A stretch of 61,210 nt of DNA from a virus. Taxonomy: Duplodnaviria > Caudoviricetes. Below are positions 37,948 through 48,574 of the stretch, piece after piece. Positions within the stretch are counted from its first letter, which is position 1, and every line of letters begins with the position of its first letter. The stretch covers positions 1 through 61,210 of the IMG/VR virus record IMGVR_UViG_3300037247_000367; one strand, written 5' to 3'. The position numbers were made by a program, and so were the translations under genes. A model generated the notes under the pieces. It worked only from the letters and a program-made list of their open reading frames with translations. It made no database searches and was not told the DNA's origin.

Positions 37948-40622
37948 TGGCAAAGGTTGAAATAGAAATAAGGGATAGTTCAAACAGCGTAGAAGGCGTT
38001 TTAGAGATCGGTAGCGACCTATCATTTCCGTTATCTCTTACAAAGTCGATAGCATCTTTAAACTCATTAGCAAAACGAGGCGGGGTATTTTCAAAAACAT
38101 TCAAGATTCCAGCTACTAAAAACAATAATAAACTATTAGTTAATCTTTATTCAGCCAATCAGCGCAATATCAAAGCAATGAAACAAAAAAAAGATGCTTT
38201 GATTTTGGTTGATGGAGTGATTATAGAAAGGGGATATATTAAGATATTAGATTCCTTGGTGGGCAAAAGACCAGAAAAATATACACTTAAATTCTTCGGT
38301 GATAACTTGGATTGGGTAACCCAATTAGGTGAATTAGATTTACATAATGTTTATTCGGAAGCCAATGCCTTAGCTTTCCCTATTCCCGGTGCGGTAACCG
38401 ATACACAAACATATTCCCAAAATGCCATACAACTGCTTTGGTCAAACACTTGGGATCAGGGGAGGGACTTCGTATATCCTTGGATAAGTTACGGACAATA
38501 TATTAATGGTTTGGGCGTAACAGTTGAGGATATGCGCCTTGCTATAAGATGGCGGGGGATAATTGAAAGGGGTTTAGTGCAAACTGGATATACATTGGTT
38601 TCAGATTTTATGGATACTGATGATTTTAAACAACTGATATTTCCTCACGTTGGCGATGGGTTTAAATATTCGCAAGCTATAAGGGATGAAGAAGCTATTT
38701 ATGTAACATTACCTACAAGCACTCCGGCAAATCTATTTAATGGATTAAGCCCTGCAATATTAAGATTTATAGGTGGAACTGTTACGGGAAGCGGTGCAAG
38801 TAATTATGTTACAGCTACCGGGGTATATACAATACCTCGTACTGCGATGTTTAATTTTAAATTTAATTTTACATTCACGCCACTTGCCAGTATGCTTGAT
38901 TTCCCAATAGAATTAAAAAGATTTGTAAACGGGGTTGAAGATACCCCAACAGCAACGTTTACTTCATGCGACACTAATTCGATACTTACTTTTAATGCAA
39001 GGAATTTAGTGCTTTGTTCGCAAGGATTTTCAAATAATGTAATAGATAATCCTGGTGAACCTGATGATGGAAATCGCATTCCGATTACCAATGTAGAAAC
39101 GGAAACAGGATTTCAAAGGTATAATACAGGTGATACGGTGGAGTTTTATTTTGTATATCAGAACACAAATCCACAGGGAAATACCTTGCCAATAGGTAAT
39201 TTTACTATAACAACTGATTCGTGGATGAAAGTAGAAATGAGCGATAGAATAATAGAGAACGGAACATATAAAGTAAGCGATATTGTAAAAAGAGATATGC
39301 CTGTTTTGGATTTATTTAATGATTTGACAAAATGCTTTAATCTTTATTGGAGAACAGATGTAAAAACCAAACAGGTATTTGTAGAACCAAGAGATACGTT
39401 TTATAAACCAATTACCGATGCAATAGATTGGAGCGACAAATTAGACATTAAGAAAACGCCTAAATTAATGTTTATCACAGAAGCGTATAAAAGGGAATTA
39501 ATTTTTAAATATGTAGGCGATTTAAACGATGAATTTGTAAAAGCCCGTAATGAAGAAAAACAGAATGAATTAGGTAGTTATGTACACACTTTCCCTGACA
39601 GGTTTATAAAAGGCAGGCAAGCACTTTCGACAAAACAAATTTCACCTACTTATTGGATGCAGGATGATAATGCGATAACAACACTTGGAATACATACCGC
39701 TCCTGTAACAGCAAGATTATGGAATGAAGTTTTACCAAATAATTCACCACCACCAGCTTTCTACGACTATAACCCACGCATTTTAAATTTCAGATATGGA
39801 GGACAAACGGGGGAGAATGGTCAATTATTAGCTTGGAAATGGGAAAATGTAGAAAGCCCTGTTATTCCTTATGCTATAATGTCGCCTATTTATGGAGGGA
39901 ATGTCAGTGCTGCATATAATCTTTCTTTTAATGGCAGTGATGGATTGTTTGAAACCTATTATGGTAGAAGCATAAAGTTAATTGAGGATGGAATAAGATT
40001 AGAGGCATTTTTTCATTTAAAAAGCACAGATATAAGAACAGATTTAAGAACGCCTATTTATTTGAGTAAGCCCGATGAATTACAAGGATATTGGGTAATA
40101 GATAAAATACATGATTGGTCGCCTGTAAAAGACAAGACAACAAGAGTAACTCTAATAAAATTAATTAATTACGATTCTGTTACTGCCGATACAGGACAAA
40201 CACCAACTGACCCTGAAAAAGTACCTATTGATAAAGGTGGGGGTAGGTCGTTACCGGGAGGCGGCACAACAGAAACAGATACAGCATCAAAGGAGGGACG
40301 ATCAAGTATTGTGGCTGCAAATGGAACAGGTAATATGGCAGCAAAGGGTTCAGGTTCAATAGCTTTTGGGCAAGGATGTATTGCACCGGGCAAAAATCAA
40401 TCAATAGTAGGGCGTTATCCCAAAATAAACGATACGGATGTGTATGCTATTGGTGTAGGAGAAGATGAGAATAGCAGATTGACAGCTTTTAAAATTGATA
40501 AAGATGGTAATCCGCAGACTTATGGCGGTGAAGTACAAATAGCAGATTCTGATGGAAGAATAGTACCGATTTTTATCACAGGGACAGACGATAAGGTTAA
40601 AAAGGTATATCTAAAATCATAA
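37947..40622 (+). CDS. Minor tail / baseplate hub protein
   Basis: FSKTF.IPAT.NN; D....FNL; DWS.KLD; adjacent to the TMP. Confidence 0.7.
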   Translation: MAKVEIEIRDSSNSVEGVLEIGSDLSFPLSLTKSIASLNSLAKRGGVFSKTFKIPATKNNNKLLVNLYSANQRNIKAMKQKKDALILVDGVIIERGYIKILDSLVGKRPEKYTLKFFGDNLDWVTQLGELDLHNVYSEANALAFPIPGAVTDTQTYSQNAIQLLWSNTWDQGRDFVYPWISYGQYINGLGVTVEDMRLAIRWRGIIERGLVQTGYTLVSDFMDTDDFKQLIFPHVGDGFKYSQAIRDEEAIYVTLPTSTPANLFNGLSPAILRFIGGTVTGSGASNYVTATGVYTIPRTAMFNFKFNFTFTPLASMLDFPIELKRFVNGVEDTPTATFTSCDTNSILTFNARNLVLCSQGFSNNVIDNPGEPDDGNRIPITNVETETGFQRYNTGDTVEFYFVYQNTNPQGNTLPIGNFTITTDSWMKVEMSDRIIENGTYKVSDIVKRDMPVLDLFNDLTKCFNLYWRTDVKTKQVFVEPRDTFYKPITDAIDWSDKLDIKKTPKLMFITEAYKRELIFKYVGDLNDEFVKARNEEKQNELGSYVHTFPDRFIKGRQALSTKQISPTYWMQDDNAITTLGIHTAPVTARLWNEVLPNNSPPPAFYDYNPRILNFRYGGQTGENGQLLAWKWENVESPVIPYAIMSPIYGGNVSAAYNLSFNGSDGLFETYYGRSIKLIEDGIRLEAFFHLKSTDIRTDLRTPIYLSKPDELQGYWVIDKIHDWSPVKDKTTRVTLIKLINYDSVTADTGQTPTDPEKVPIDKGGGRSLPGGGTTETDTASKEGRSSIVAANGTGNMAAKGSGSIAFGQGCIAPGKNQSIVGRYPKINDTDVYAIGVGEDENSRLTAFKIDKDGNPQTYGGEVQIADSDGRIVPIFITGTDDKVKKVYLKS

Positions 40623-43594
40623 TGGCAGAGCAAAAAGAACTCATATTATCGTTAAGAATTACCGGCACAAAAGCACAGGAAGCCGCTTTAACTACTCTGA
40701 AGCGTAGGATGCTTGAAACGCAAGCCGCTACGAAAAACCTGCGCCAATCCACAAAGAATAATATATCCGCACAAAAAGCCGCTGCCAGTAGTTTTAAGAA
40801 GCTCGAACTTCAACTAAAGCAAGATCGAGTAGCTTATAACCAACTCAATAAACAGATCGCCATTAACAATGGCGTAATGAAAAAAACCTCTGGGCTTACA
40901 AAAGGTGTTGCAGCGGGATTTAAAACGGTTGCTTTGCAATTTATAGGCGTTATGGCTGCCTTTGCTTTAGTCAAAAATGTAATTGGCATATTTAAGGATT
41001 TTCAACAAGCTAACGCAGACCTCGCTGCCGTACTTGGCAAATCAAGAAACGAAATAAAAGCACTTACCGAAGATGCTAAAAGATTAGGCGCCTCGACTGT
41101 TTTCACCGCCACCCAAGTGTCAAAACTTCAAAAAGAATTTGCAAAATTAGGATTTAGCGAAAGAGAGATTTTAGACGCAACCGAAGCGACTTTGAGTTTA
41201 GCGGCTGCAACGAATACGGAATTAGCTGAAGCCGCAAGGGTTGCTGGTGCAACCGTCAGAGGGTTTGGTTTAGATGCAAGTGAAACGCAAAGAGTTGTTG
41301 ATGTAATGGCGAAGTCATTTAGTAGTTCTGCGCTTGACATGGTGAAATTTAGCACTGCGATGGGCAAGGTTGCACCAGTAGCTAAAGCCGTAGGATTGTC
41401 AATCGAAGAAACCACTGCTTTAATGGGGACGCTTTCCGATGCGGGAGTTGAGGCTTCTATTTCAGGGACTTCACTAAGGAAAATATTTATTGAACTGGCA
41501 AGGAAGGGTCTTTCTTTGGATGAGGCACTTGAACGAATAAACACCTCACAGGACAAACTAACAACCGCTACTGAATTATTTGGTGTGAGGGCTGCAACTG
41601 CTGGGCTTGTGTTGGCTGAAAATACTGACCGAACAGCATTATTGGAAGCGAAATTAAATTTAGCTGCGGGTGCTGCTGAAAGAATGGCTAAAGAGCAATT
41701 AAATACACTACAAGGTAAGTTAACCATATTAAATAGCGCATGGGAAGGATGGATATTAAGTATTGACGATGGGGACGGGGTGATGACGAATGTTTTAAGC
41801 ACGTTGGCAGAAATGGCAACAGGATTATTGCGTTTTGCTTCTGGTGTGGAAACAGCAACAGAACAATTCGATCAACAAACAAGGGTGGTAAATAACCTTG
41901 AAAAAAATATAGTTCCTTTAATTGATAGACATGAAGAACTTGCTAATAAGACAGAGTTAAGTAAAGATGAGCAGATAGAACTTGATGCTATAATTGAATT
42001 GCTTGCAGAGAATATTCCAATAGCAGTAACAGAATTTGATAAATATGGTAAGGCATTAGGAATATCAACGGAAGCTGCACAGGCATTTATTAAGGAACAG
42101 AAAAATATATTAAAAGTAAAAAATAAAGAAGCTATTGAGGAACAGCAAGAAGCAATTTCTGATCTCGGTGATGAATTGAATTTATTTTCATTACAACTGG
42201 ACAAGGTGAATGGGAAATTTGTAGAACAAGAAGTGATTTTTACAAAAACTGGCACTGCAATAAAGAAAATAACAGAATTAACCAATGAGGAAATACAAGC
42301 ACGGATAGATAGAAGAAAAGAAATTGGAGAAGAAATAAAAGCCAGAGATGCGATTATAGCAGGATTAAAAGGAGAACAAACAGAGGCGGAGAAATTACTT
42401 GAACAACAAAAGAAAACAACAGAAGAAAGCGTTGGATTAACTACTTCAGAACAAAAAGCAAAGACGAAAGAAATAAAAAAAGCTCAAGATGAACGAACAA
42501 AATTAGTAGAAGAAAATGCTAAGATACGAATGCAGATAGAAAGAGATGCTATTGATGCAGCCATAGCAGAAGAAATAAGATTATTCAATGAAACAATATC
42601 TTTATCTGACAGGAAAGTAAAAGCCCTGGTTTCCGAAATGGACATAAAGGCAAAATTAAGATTATTAGAAGCCGGTACAATAAACGAGGAAAGAGATGCA
42701 GAAATAGAGGCAGAAGAAGCAAAGTTTCAAAAAGAATTAATGTTGTTAACGATAGCTAATAATGCTACCGAAGAAGAAACCGCAGCACATTTAGCAAGAA
42801 CAGAATTATTAGTAAAACAGCATGAAAATAATAAAACAAAAATTGAACAGGATGCAACTGATAAAAGAATAAAGATCGCACAGGAAGCTGGGGATATAAT
42901 AAATAGTTTAACCAATTCATTAGCTGATATTTTTGAGGCATCAAAGCAAAGGGAATTGAGTGCTGCCGGAGACAATGCGGACAAAAGAGAAAAAATTGAA
43001 GAAAAGTTTTTCAAAAAACAACAAGACCTTGCCGTAAGTCAAGCAATAATAAGTGGAGCACTGGCTGTTCTACGTATTGCCGCTGATGTACCTAAACAGG
43101 ATTATGGCATTGCAACGGCTTTATTAATAGCCGCACAGATTATTGCAACTGCCGCAGAGGTAGCGGTTATAAAAAGCGAGAGTTTAGCAAAGGGTGGGGT
43201 TCTAAAAGGCAAATCACATGCAAGGGGTGGTATTCCTACGGCAGACGGACAAATGGAATTTGAGGGCGGAGAGGCGGTGATAAACAAACGATCTACGGCT
43301 ATGTTTGGACGACAGTTGTCTGCTATTAATCAAGCAGGCGGAGGGGTTGCTTTTGGAAGGGGCGGACAAACACCAATACATAAATTTCAGGGTGGCAGTA
43401 TAACGCCTGTACCTTCGTTTACAGGACAAACAATTTCAAGACAAGTAGAATTTAATGTTGATGCAATGGCTGAAAGAATAGGCGAAGAAATAGCTGGACA
43501 AATAGGAGATTTAAGAGTTATTAATGTAGTTAGCGATACCACAGAGGGACAATTAGATATTGAAAACACAGAGAGTGAAGCATCATTTGGGTAA
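40622..43594 (+). CDS. Tail tape measure protein (TP901-type core)
   Basis: 990 aa, Ala-rich helical; LGAST.FTA.Q, AGTSLR-like core; C-terminal AKGG...G.SHA.GG...EGGE.VINK. Confidence 0.95.
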   Translation: MAEQKELILSLRITGTKAQEAALTTLKRRMLETQAATKNLRQSTKNNISAQKAAASSFKKLELQLKQDRVAYNQLNKQIAINNGVMKKTSGLTKGVAAGFKTVALQFIGVMAAFALVKNVIGIFKDFQQANADLAAVLGKSRNEIKALTEDAKRLGASTVFTATQVSKLQKEFAKLGFSEREILDATEATLSLAAATNTELAEAARVAGATVRGFGLDASETQRVVDVMAKSFSSSALDMVKFSTAMGKVAPVAKAVGLSIEETTALMGTLSDAGVEASISGTSLRKIFIELARKGLSLDEALERINTSQDKLTTATELFGVRAATAGLVLAENTDRTALLEAKLNLAAGAAERMAKEQLNTLQGKLTILNSAWEGWILSIDDGDGVMTNVLSTLAEMATGLLRFASGVETATEQFDQQTRVVNNLEKNIVPLIDRHEELANKTELSKDEQIELDAIIELLAENIPIAVTEFDKYGKALGISTEAAQAFIKEQKNILKVKNKEAIEEQQEAISDLGDELNLFSLQLDKVNGKFVEQEVIFTKTGTAIKKITELTNEEIQARIDRRKEIGEEIKARDAIIAGLKGEQTEAEKLLEQQKKTTEESVGLTTSEQKAKTKEIKKAQDERTKLVEENAKIRMQIERDAIDAAIAEEIRLFNETISLSDRKVKALVSEMDIKAKLRLLEAGTINEERDAEIEAEEAKFQKELMLLTIANNATEEETAAHLARTELLVKQHENNKTKIEQDATDKRIKIAQEAGDIINSLTNSLADIFEASKQRELSAAGDNADKREKIEEKFFKKQQDLAVSQAIISGALAVLRIAADVPKQDYGIATALLIAAQIIATAAEVAVIKSESLAKGGVLKGKSHARGGIPTADGQMEFEGGEAVINKRSTAMFGRQLSAINQAGGGVAFGRGGQTPIHKFQGGSITPVPSFTGQTISRQVEFNVDAMAERIGEEIAGQIGDLRVINVVSDTTEGQLDIENTESEASFG

Positions 43595-43791
43595 TGAAAA
43601 TCGAACTGTTTACAAATAAAGAAGAGGAAAAGAGACGATTGAAAATCTGTAAAGGTTGTCCGTCTTATAGAAAAGATTTAACTTTTTTATGGATATTCAA
43701 ACTAAAAGGAACGGCACAATGCGCTGAATGCAAGTGTCCAGTTATTAACAAAATCACAGTGCTTAATCCGCACTGCAAAAAACACGACTAA
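43594..43791 (+). CDS. Small Cys-rich protein (DUF6171-like)
   Basis: RL.ICKGC ... CAECKC ... K ... C. Confidence 0.65.
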   Translation: MKIELFTNKEEEKRRLKICKGCPSYRKDLTFLWIFKLKGTAQCAECKCPVINKITVLNPHCKKHD

Positions 43792-44052
43792 ATGAGTTTA
43801 CCAAAAACATCAGACATGAGCTATGAAGAAAAAGCCAACAAAATCCCACAGGATTCAAAAGACAAAATAATAACGGCATCTAATAATGTCGGAGAAAAAT
43901 TACATCCACCCGAAAGCGATGTGGTATTTCTATTTGAGATGTTTCACGAGTATATTACGTACTATCCTTTAAAGAAGAATATAAACTGTAATAGTTGTAG
44001 GGTAATGGTGCGAGATTTCTGGAAACGAATAGTAAATGAATCATGGATATAG
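43792..44052 (+). CDS. Hypothetical CxxC protein
   Basis: Coupled ORF with CNSC. Confidence 0.55.
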   Translation: MSLPKTSDMSYEEKANKIPQDSKDKIITASNNVGEKLHPPESDVVFLFEMFHEYITYYPLKKNINCNSCRVMVRDFWKRIVNESWI

Positions 44053-44312
44053 CAGACGGGATAACATTTAGCGGCATTATAGATAATTATCTCCTTGAGT
44101 TCAAGGACAATATGAGTATAAAGGATGTCGTATATAAAGTCGTTAAAGACAATTTGATAAACAAAAAGGCATTACGCAATAAATGTATAGTTCAGGATTT
44201 TGATGCGGCAGTGAAAAAAAATAGCAGGTCGATAATTTCAATATATGACGATCTCGCTTATAAATACAACCTTTCTTATGCGATGATTCGAGGTATCGTA
44301 GCCCAAAGATAG
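44043..44312 (+). CDS. Mor/Mu-C-like HTH transcription activator
   Basis: RN..I..DF...........LA.KYNLS...IR.IV. Confidence 0.7.
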   Translation: MDIADGITFSGIIDNYLLEFKDNMSIKDVVYKVVKDNLINKKALRNKCIVQDFDAAVKKNSRSIISIYDDLAYKYNLSYAMIRGIVAQR

Positions 44313-44347
44313 AACTTTCTTGAAATTCATATTTACAAGTTTTGCAT

Positions 44348-44396
44348 TATTGCTAATAAAGTTAGCAATATTTCGATTTCCTATGTTTTATTATTG
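44348..44396 (+). promoter_or_regulatory. Dyad TATTGCTAA-N5-TTAGCAATA and candidate late promoter of the head operon
   Basis: Perfect 9-bp inverted repeat at 44348-44370; degenerate -7 TATTATTG at 44389-44396. Confidence 0.55.
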
Positions 44397-44420
44397 CAAA
44401 AAATTTAATATCTATCCTTA

Positions 44421-45488
44421 ATGAAACATTTTAATATACACGCTTCAAAAGATGGCAAAACCGAGATTGATATTTTTGGTCAAATCGGGGATAGTTTTTT
44501 TGAGGAAGGGAATACTCTTGAAAATATAAAAGCTCAAATTGAAGACATTGAAACGGAACTTGTTATAAATGTTGCGTCTTTAGGAGGAAATGTATTTGAA
44601 GGACTGGCAATTCACGATCTTATCGCTAATCACAAACCAAAAACTACTACAAATATAGTTGGAACGACCGCAAGTGCTGGAGCAGTTATCGCAGACGGAA
44701 GTGACGAAGTAAACATTACCGAAAATTCACTATTTCTTATTCATAATTCAAGAGGAGGTGTTTTAGGTACAGCGAAAGAAATGGAAGAGATGGCAGAGGA
44801 TATGAATAAGATTGATAATAGAATGGCTGCAATCTTTGCTAAAAAAACCGGCAAAACAGAAAAGAAGATTAAAGATTTAATGGCAGAAGATAAATTTTTA
44901 GATGCCAAAGAAGCTAAAGAATTCGGTTTTGTAAATAATATTACCAAGCCGAAAAAGATAGCTGCAAGTATTGATTATGATAAAATAAAGGCATCGAAAG
45001 AACTTACTGACAATCAGAAAAAACAACTTAGTCCAGAAACCCAACCAAAAAATAGCATCATGGATTTAACACCTATCACTAATTTGATAACCGAGTTAAA
45101 AGAAACGGTTACAAATTTCATCAGTGCCAATAAAGATGAAAAGAAGGACATTAAAATCCTTGACAATAAAGAATATCAGGACAAACTCAGCGAGATAGAA
45201 ACATCTATTGAGGAAATGAGTGAAGAAAATACAACCCTTGCAGGAGAAATTGAAACCTTGAAAGCTGGAAGCGGAACTATTGAAACAGAAAACACAACCC
45301 TAAAAGCCGAAAAAGAAACATTAAAAGAAGAAAAACAGGCATTGCAGGATGAAAATAATAGGTTAAAAGGCACATCTACCAAACCCAAAGCAAGCGAAGA
45401 CGATGACCCTGAAGAAGATAAAACAAGTGATGTGGGTGCTTTCGGAAGACAGGTTATAGCAAAAGCAAAACAACGCAAACGACTTTAA
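44421..45488 (+). CDS. ClpP-type head maturation protease with C-terminal coiled-coil scaffold
   Basis: INVAS.GG, AASAG-like Ser motif (TASAGA), LIHN, EAKEFGF; acidic coiled-coil tail. Confidence 0.92.
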   Translation: MKHFNIHASKDGKTEIDIFGQIGDSFFEEGNTLENIKAQIEDIETELVINVASLGGNVFEGLAIHDLIANHKPKTTTNIVGTTASAGAVIADGSDEVNITENSLFLIHNSRGGVLGTAKEMEEMAEDMNKIDNRMAAIFAKKTGKTEKKIKDLMAEDKFLDAKEAKEFGFVNNITKPKKIAASIDYDKIKASKELTDNQKKQLSPETQPKNSIMDLTPITNLITELKETVTNFISANKDEKKDIKILDNKEYQDKLSEIETSIEEMSEENTTLAGEIETLKAGSGTIETENTTLKAEKETLKEEKQALQDENNRLKGTSTKPKASEDDDPEEDKTSDVGAFGRQVIAKAKQRKRL

Positions 45489-45506
45489 TTTTAAAACTCA
45501 ATTATT

Positions 45507-46523
45507 ATGGCAAACGCTGTTCAAACGTCATTTTCGCACACTTACGCAGGTAAGGAGTTCTTAACAGAACTATTCTACAAGCCCCAAGAGGGATCAGATG
45601 ACATTTTCGCTGATTACAAAGTAATGCAAGTGGCGGACAAGTCCAATCTGTATATTCCGGGCAACCTCACCAAAATATTAAAAGAATATTCCGGCTGTGG
45701 ATTTTCAGCATCAGGTAACTTAACCATTTCTGACCGGGTAATATCAACCGAAAAATGCAAGGTCAATCTTGAACAATGCGAGGACGCATGGGACGACACC
45801 GTATTCGAGGAAGCATTGAGAACAGGCGTTGATATTGATGATCTACGTGGAACTATTGTAGAGGATATAATCCGCAGAAAGATGATCGAAGCCATGCGCT
45901 CCGACATCGGACGTATGCAATGGTTCAACAAGAACGGACATTCCGATTCTGACTATGCTCATTATGATGGCTGGTTGCAATTAGCATTTGATACAAGTGC
46001 GAATTTAGGTTACGTATTCAACATGGGGGGTGATTCTTCCATCGAAACATCCAGCGTGGACGACACATTGGTAACTGACGGAGCTTTAACAGCTTTCAGG
46101 AGAATTTGGACGAATCAATCTAAAACATTAAGGTCAGTCCCACGACAGGACAAGAGATTGTATGTAACTGCAACGATTATGGACAATTACCTCGTTTCTT
46201 TAGAGGACACTCAAAATGAAACAGGGCAGGCAAGGTTGGAAGATGGGAAATTGAACATAACATTCCGGGGCGTTCCGGTTGTTGAGGTAATGGGTTGGGA
46301 TACGCATCTTGCAGACAGCGGTAATCCGCAGGCAACGAAAATCGGTGATAACCTTATTGTATTATCAACACCTGATAACCTAATTGTTGGTTCTGATATA
46401 ACCAATCCTGACAACGAAATTAAGACCTGGTACTCGGAAGACAACGAGACATTAAGGTTCAAAGCTAAACTGAAATTGGGCGCACAAATCCTGCACCCTG
46501 AATTTATGTCAATCTTATATTAA
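45507..46523 (+). CDS. Major capsid protein
   Basis: 338 aa directly after the protease; YDGW, FRGVPV pattern. Confidence 0.85.
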   Translation: MANAVQTSFSHTYAGKEFLTELFYKPQEGSDDIFADYKVMQVADKSNLYIPGNLTKILKEYSGCGFSASGNLTISDRVISTEKCKVNLEQCEDAWDDTVFEEALRTGVDIDDLRGTIVEDIIRRKMIEAMRSDIGRMQWFNKNGHSDSDYAHYDGWLQLAFDTSANLGYVFNMGGDSSIETSSVDDTLVTDGALTAFRRIWTNQSKTLRSVPRQDKRLYVTATIMDNYLVSLEDTQNETGQARLEDGKLNITFRGVPVVEVMGWDTHLADSGNPQATKIGDNLIVLSTPDNLIVGSDITNPDNEIKTWYSEDNETLRFKAKLKLGAQILHPEFMSILY

Positions 46524-46524
46524 A

Positions 46525-47085
46525 ATGGGTTTATCAAATGACGAAACCATAAGTTGTGATAAGCAAGATCGTGCTGCATTGGCACGTATCTTTCTTATTG
46601 AGAAATGCGATATAGATAGCTTTACAACCGGCTCTTTGCAGGACTTCACGGCTGTTACTTTAACCACTACCGCAAAGGTATGGTTTGAATACGAGGGAGA
46701 ATTTAAGACCAAATCCCTTAACTCGGAAGGCACTAATGAGCAAGGAACAGCCACCTTTGTTAATACTGTTGAATTTAAGGTAAGGGGTATTGACAAAACC
46801 GTAGGAAAGAGAATGCAGGAACTCATTGATTCCAGAAAAGTAGTTGCAATAATTGAAGGCACTAATAAAATTAGTTCTGATAAGATCGCTTTTGTAATTG
46901 GATGGGATGACATCCTTAAAGGAGAAGCCGCTGCAATACCTAATGTAAGCGGAGTGATAGAAGGAGAATTAAGCGGTGCAAATGAATTTATCATACAACT
47001 TGTAGCGGAACACGCTGAAATAATGAGGGAGTTTGTGGGTAGCATAGACACCAATAGCAGCGGTTCAGTGAGCTTTGGAAGCTAA
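46525..47085 (+). CDS. Major tail (tube)-like structural protein
   Basis: Follows the MCP, ends before a terminator; beta-rich. Confidence 0.6.
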   Translation: MGLSNDETISCDKQDRAALARIFLIEKCDIDSFTTGSLQDFTAVTLTTTAKVWFEYEGEFKTKSLNSEGTNEQGTATFVNTVEFKVRGIDKTVGKRMQELIDSRKVVAIIEGTNKISSDKIAFVIGWDDILKGEAAAIPNVSGVIEGELSGANEFIIQLVAEHAEIMREFVGSIDTNSSGSVSFGS

Positions 47086-47107
47086 ATAAATTATTAATCT
47101 ATTATAT

Positions 47108-47142
47108 AGAGGGGCAAGGGTAAAAACCCTTCGCTCCTTTTT
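47108..47142 (+). terminator. Intrinsic terminator
   Basis: GGGGC-AAGGGT-AAAA-ACCCTT-C-GCTCC hairpin plus T run. Confidence 0.75.
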
Positions 47143-47154
47143 AATTTAAAAGCC

Positions 47155-47322
47155 ATGACAAAACAAAAAGAAAAAACCCCGAAATACCAAGTTATTGAAA
47201 AATACATTAAATGTGTAGTTACGGATAGCGAAGGCAGGCACGTACTCGCAGGGGCAAGCCAAAAAACACTCAAACACTTATACGAAACAGGGCATGAAGA
47301 CAAAATTAGTAAAAACGAATAA
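47155..47322 (+). CDS. 55-aa hypothetical protein (not in ORF track)
   Basis: MTKQKEKTPKY...QKTLKHLYETG; overlaps the portal start. Confidence 0.5.
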   Translation: MTKQKEKTPKYQVIEKYIKCVVTDSEGRHVLAGASQKTLKHLYETGHEDKISKNE

Positions 47323-48574
47323 AGGCAAGATACTGGCTTCCGTTACGGGTGTGCAAGCTCCTAATCCGACAAGGGAAAATGTTGATATAAAAGACAGTCG
47401 CAGTAAATGGCTACTATTCTTTAAGGGATCGAACAATGTTTATATCAATGACCTTGCTAAAAGGAAACGAAGAAGCCCTACGCATTCAGCTGTCCTGAAA
47501 AGCAAGTTAGTGTTTACTGCGGGATTGGGCATTATATACAGGCAAAATGGGGAAGTGATAAAACTAAACGACAAACAAAAGAAATACGTAGATAACATAA
47601 ATGCAAACGGAGAGACATTGTACGAAGTGTACAAAAAAGTGCAGGGGGATTTTATTGATTTCGGGAATGCTTATCCGCAAGTGGTGAAAGAAGGGCAAAG
47701 ATCAAATATATTTCATTCAGATGCAACCACAGTAAGAATATCTAAGAATAAGGAAACGGCATATATAAGTAATTTCTGGAGGGATATAGGCAACGAGGAT
47801 GTATTTCCTCGCAAGGATTTTGAGATTAAAGACATTGATCTAACGGGTAAGGAGAGCAACTATCTCGTACATATAATGAATTATGAGCCGGAATATAACA
47901 TATACGGGGTTATAGACCACACGGCAGCACTAAAAGACGCAGACATAGAATATAAAATCTCAACCTTTAACCTCGATAAGTTAGATAATGGCTTTTTCCC
48001 TTCGGTGATGATACAGATGTATGGTGATCCACCTGATGGGAAAACACCAGAGGAATACGCAGAAAGTATAGCAACGAATTTCACAGGAGAGGGTAAATCA
48101 AGGAAATTCCTTTTACAACTTTTAGAACAAGGCGTAGATGGAGCAGAGATACATGAGTTCGAGGGTGCAGCGGAAGGGGAGTTTAGAGAATTAAAGCAAC
48201 TGGCAAAAGAAAGCATCATAGAAGCACATAGGTGGCATCCTGCACTTATGATGCTCACACCCGGAAAACTCGCTAACTCAAGTGATATACGAACGGCTTA
48301 TGAGATGGTAAAAAATACGGTGATTCCTGATTACAGGATACCCGTTTTGAAAGTATTTGAAAACATCTTAAACGATACAGAATTATTTACAGACATAGAA
48401 TTAAGCATCAAGCCCGTTGTGCCCGTAAGTGCTGCGGATGAAATAGACGTTGGTAAGATATGGACAGTTGATGAACAGAGGGAGGAGACGGGTAAATTAC
48501 CTTTTGACGATAAAGCAATAGGCGAATCACTTTTAAAAGGCGGTAATGTAAATATATCAACAGATGGCGTTTAA
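47294..48574 (+). CDS. Portal protein
   Basis: SPTH.A.L..K....G.G, D...FGNAY, NGFFPS, I..AHR..P.L, DEQRE..G..P. Confidence 0.92.
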   Translation: MKTKLVKTNKGKILASVTGVQAPNPTRENVDIKDSRSKWLLFFKGSNNVYINDLAKRKRRSPTHSAVLKSKLVFTAGLGIIYRQNGEVIKLNDKQKKYVDNINANGETLYEVYKKVQGDFIDFGNAYPQVVKEGQRSNIFHSDATTVRISKNKETAYISNFWRDIGNEDVFPRKDFEIKDIDLTGKESNYLVHIMNYEPEYNIYGVIDHTAALKDADIEYKISTFNLDKLDNGFFPSVMIQMYGDPPDGKTPEEYAESIATNFTGEGKSRKFLLQLLEQGVDGAEIHEFEGAAEGEFRELKQLAKESIIEAHRWHPALMMLTPGKLANSSDIRTAYEMVKNTVIPDYRIPVLKVFENILNDTELFTDIELSIKPVVPVSAADEIDVGKIWTVDEQREETGKLPFDDKAIGESLLKGGNVNISTDGV

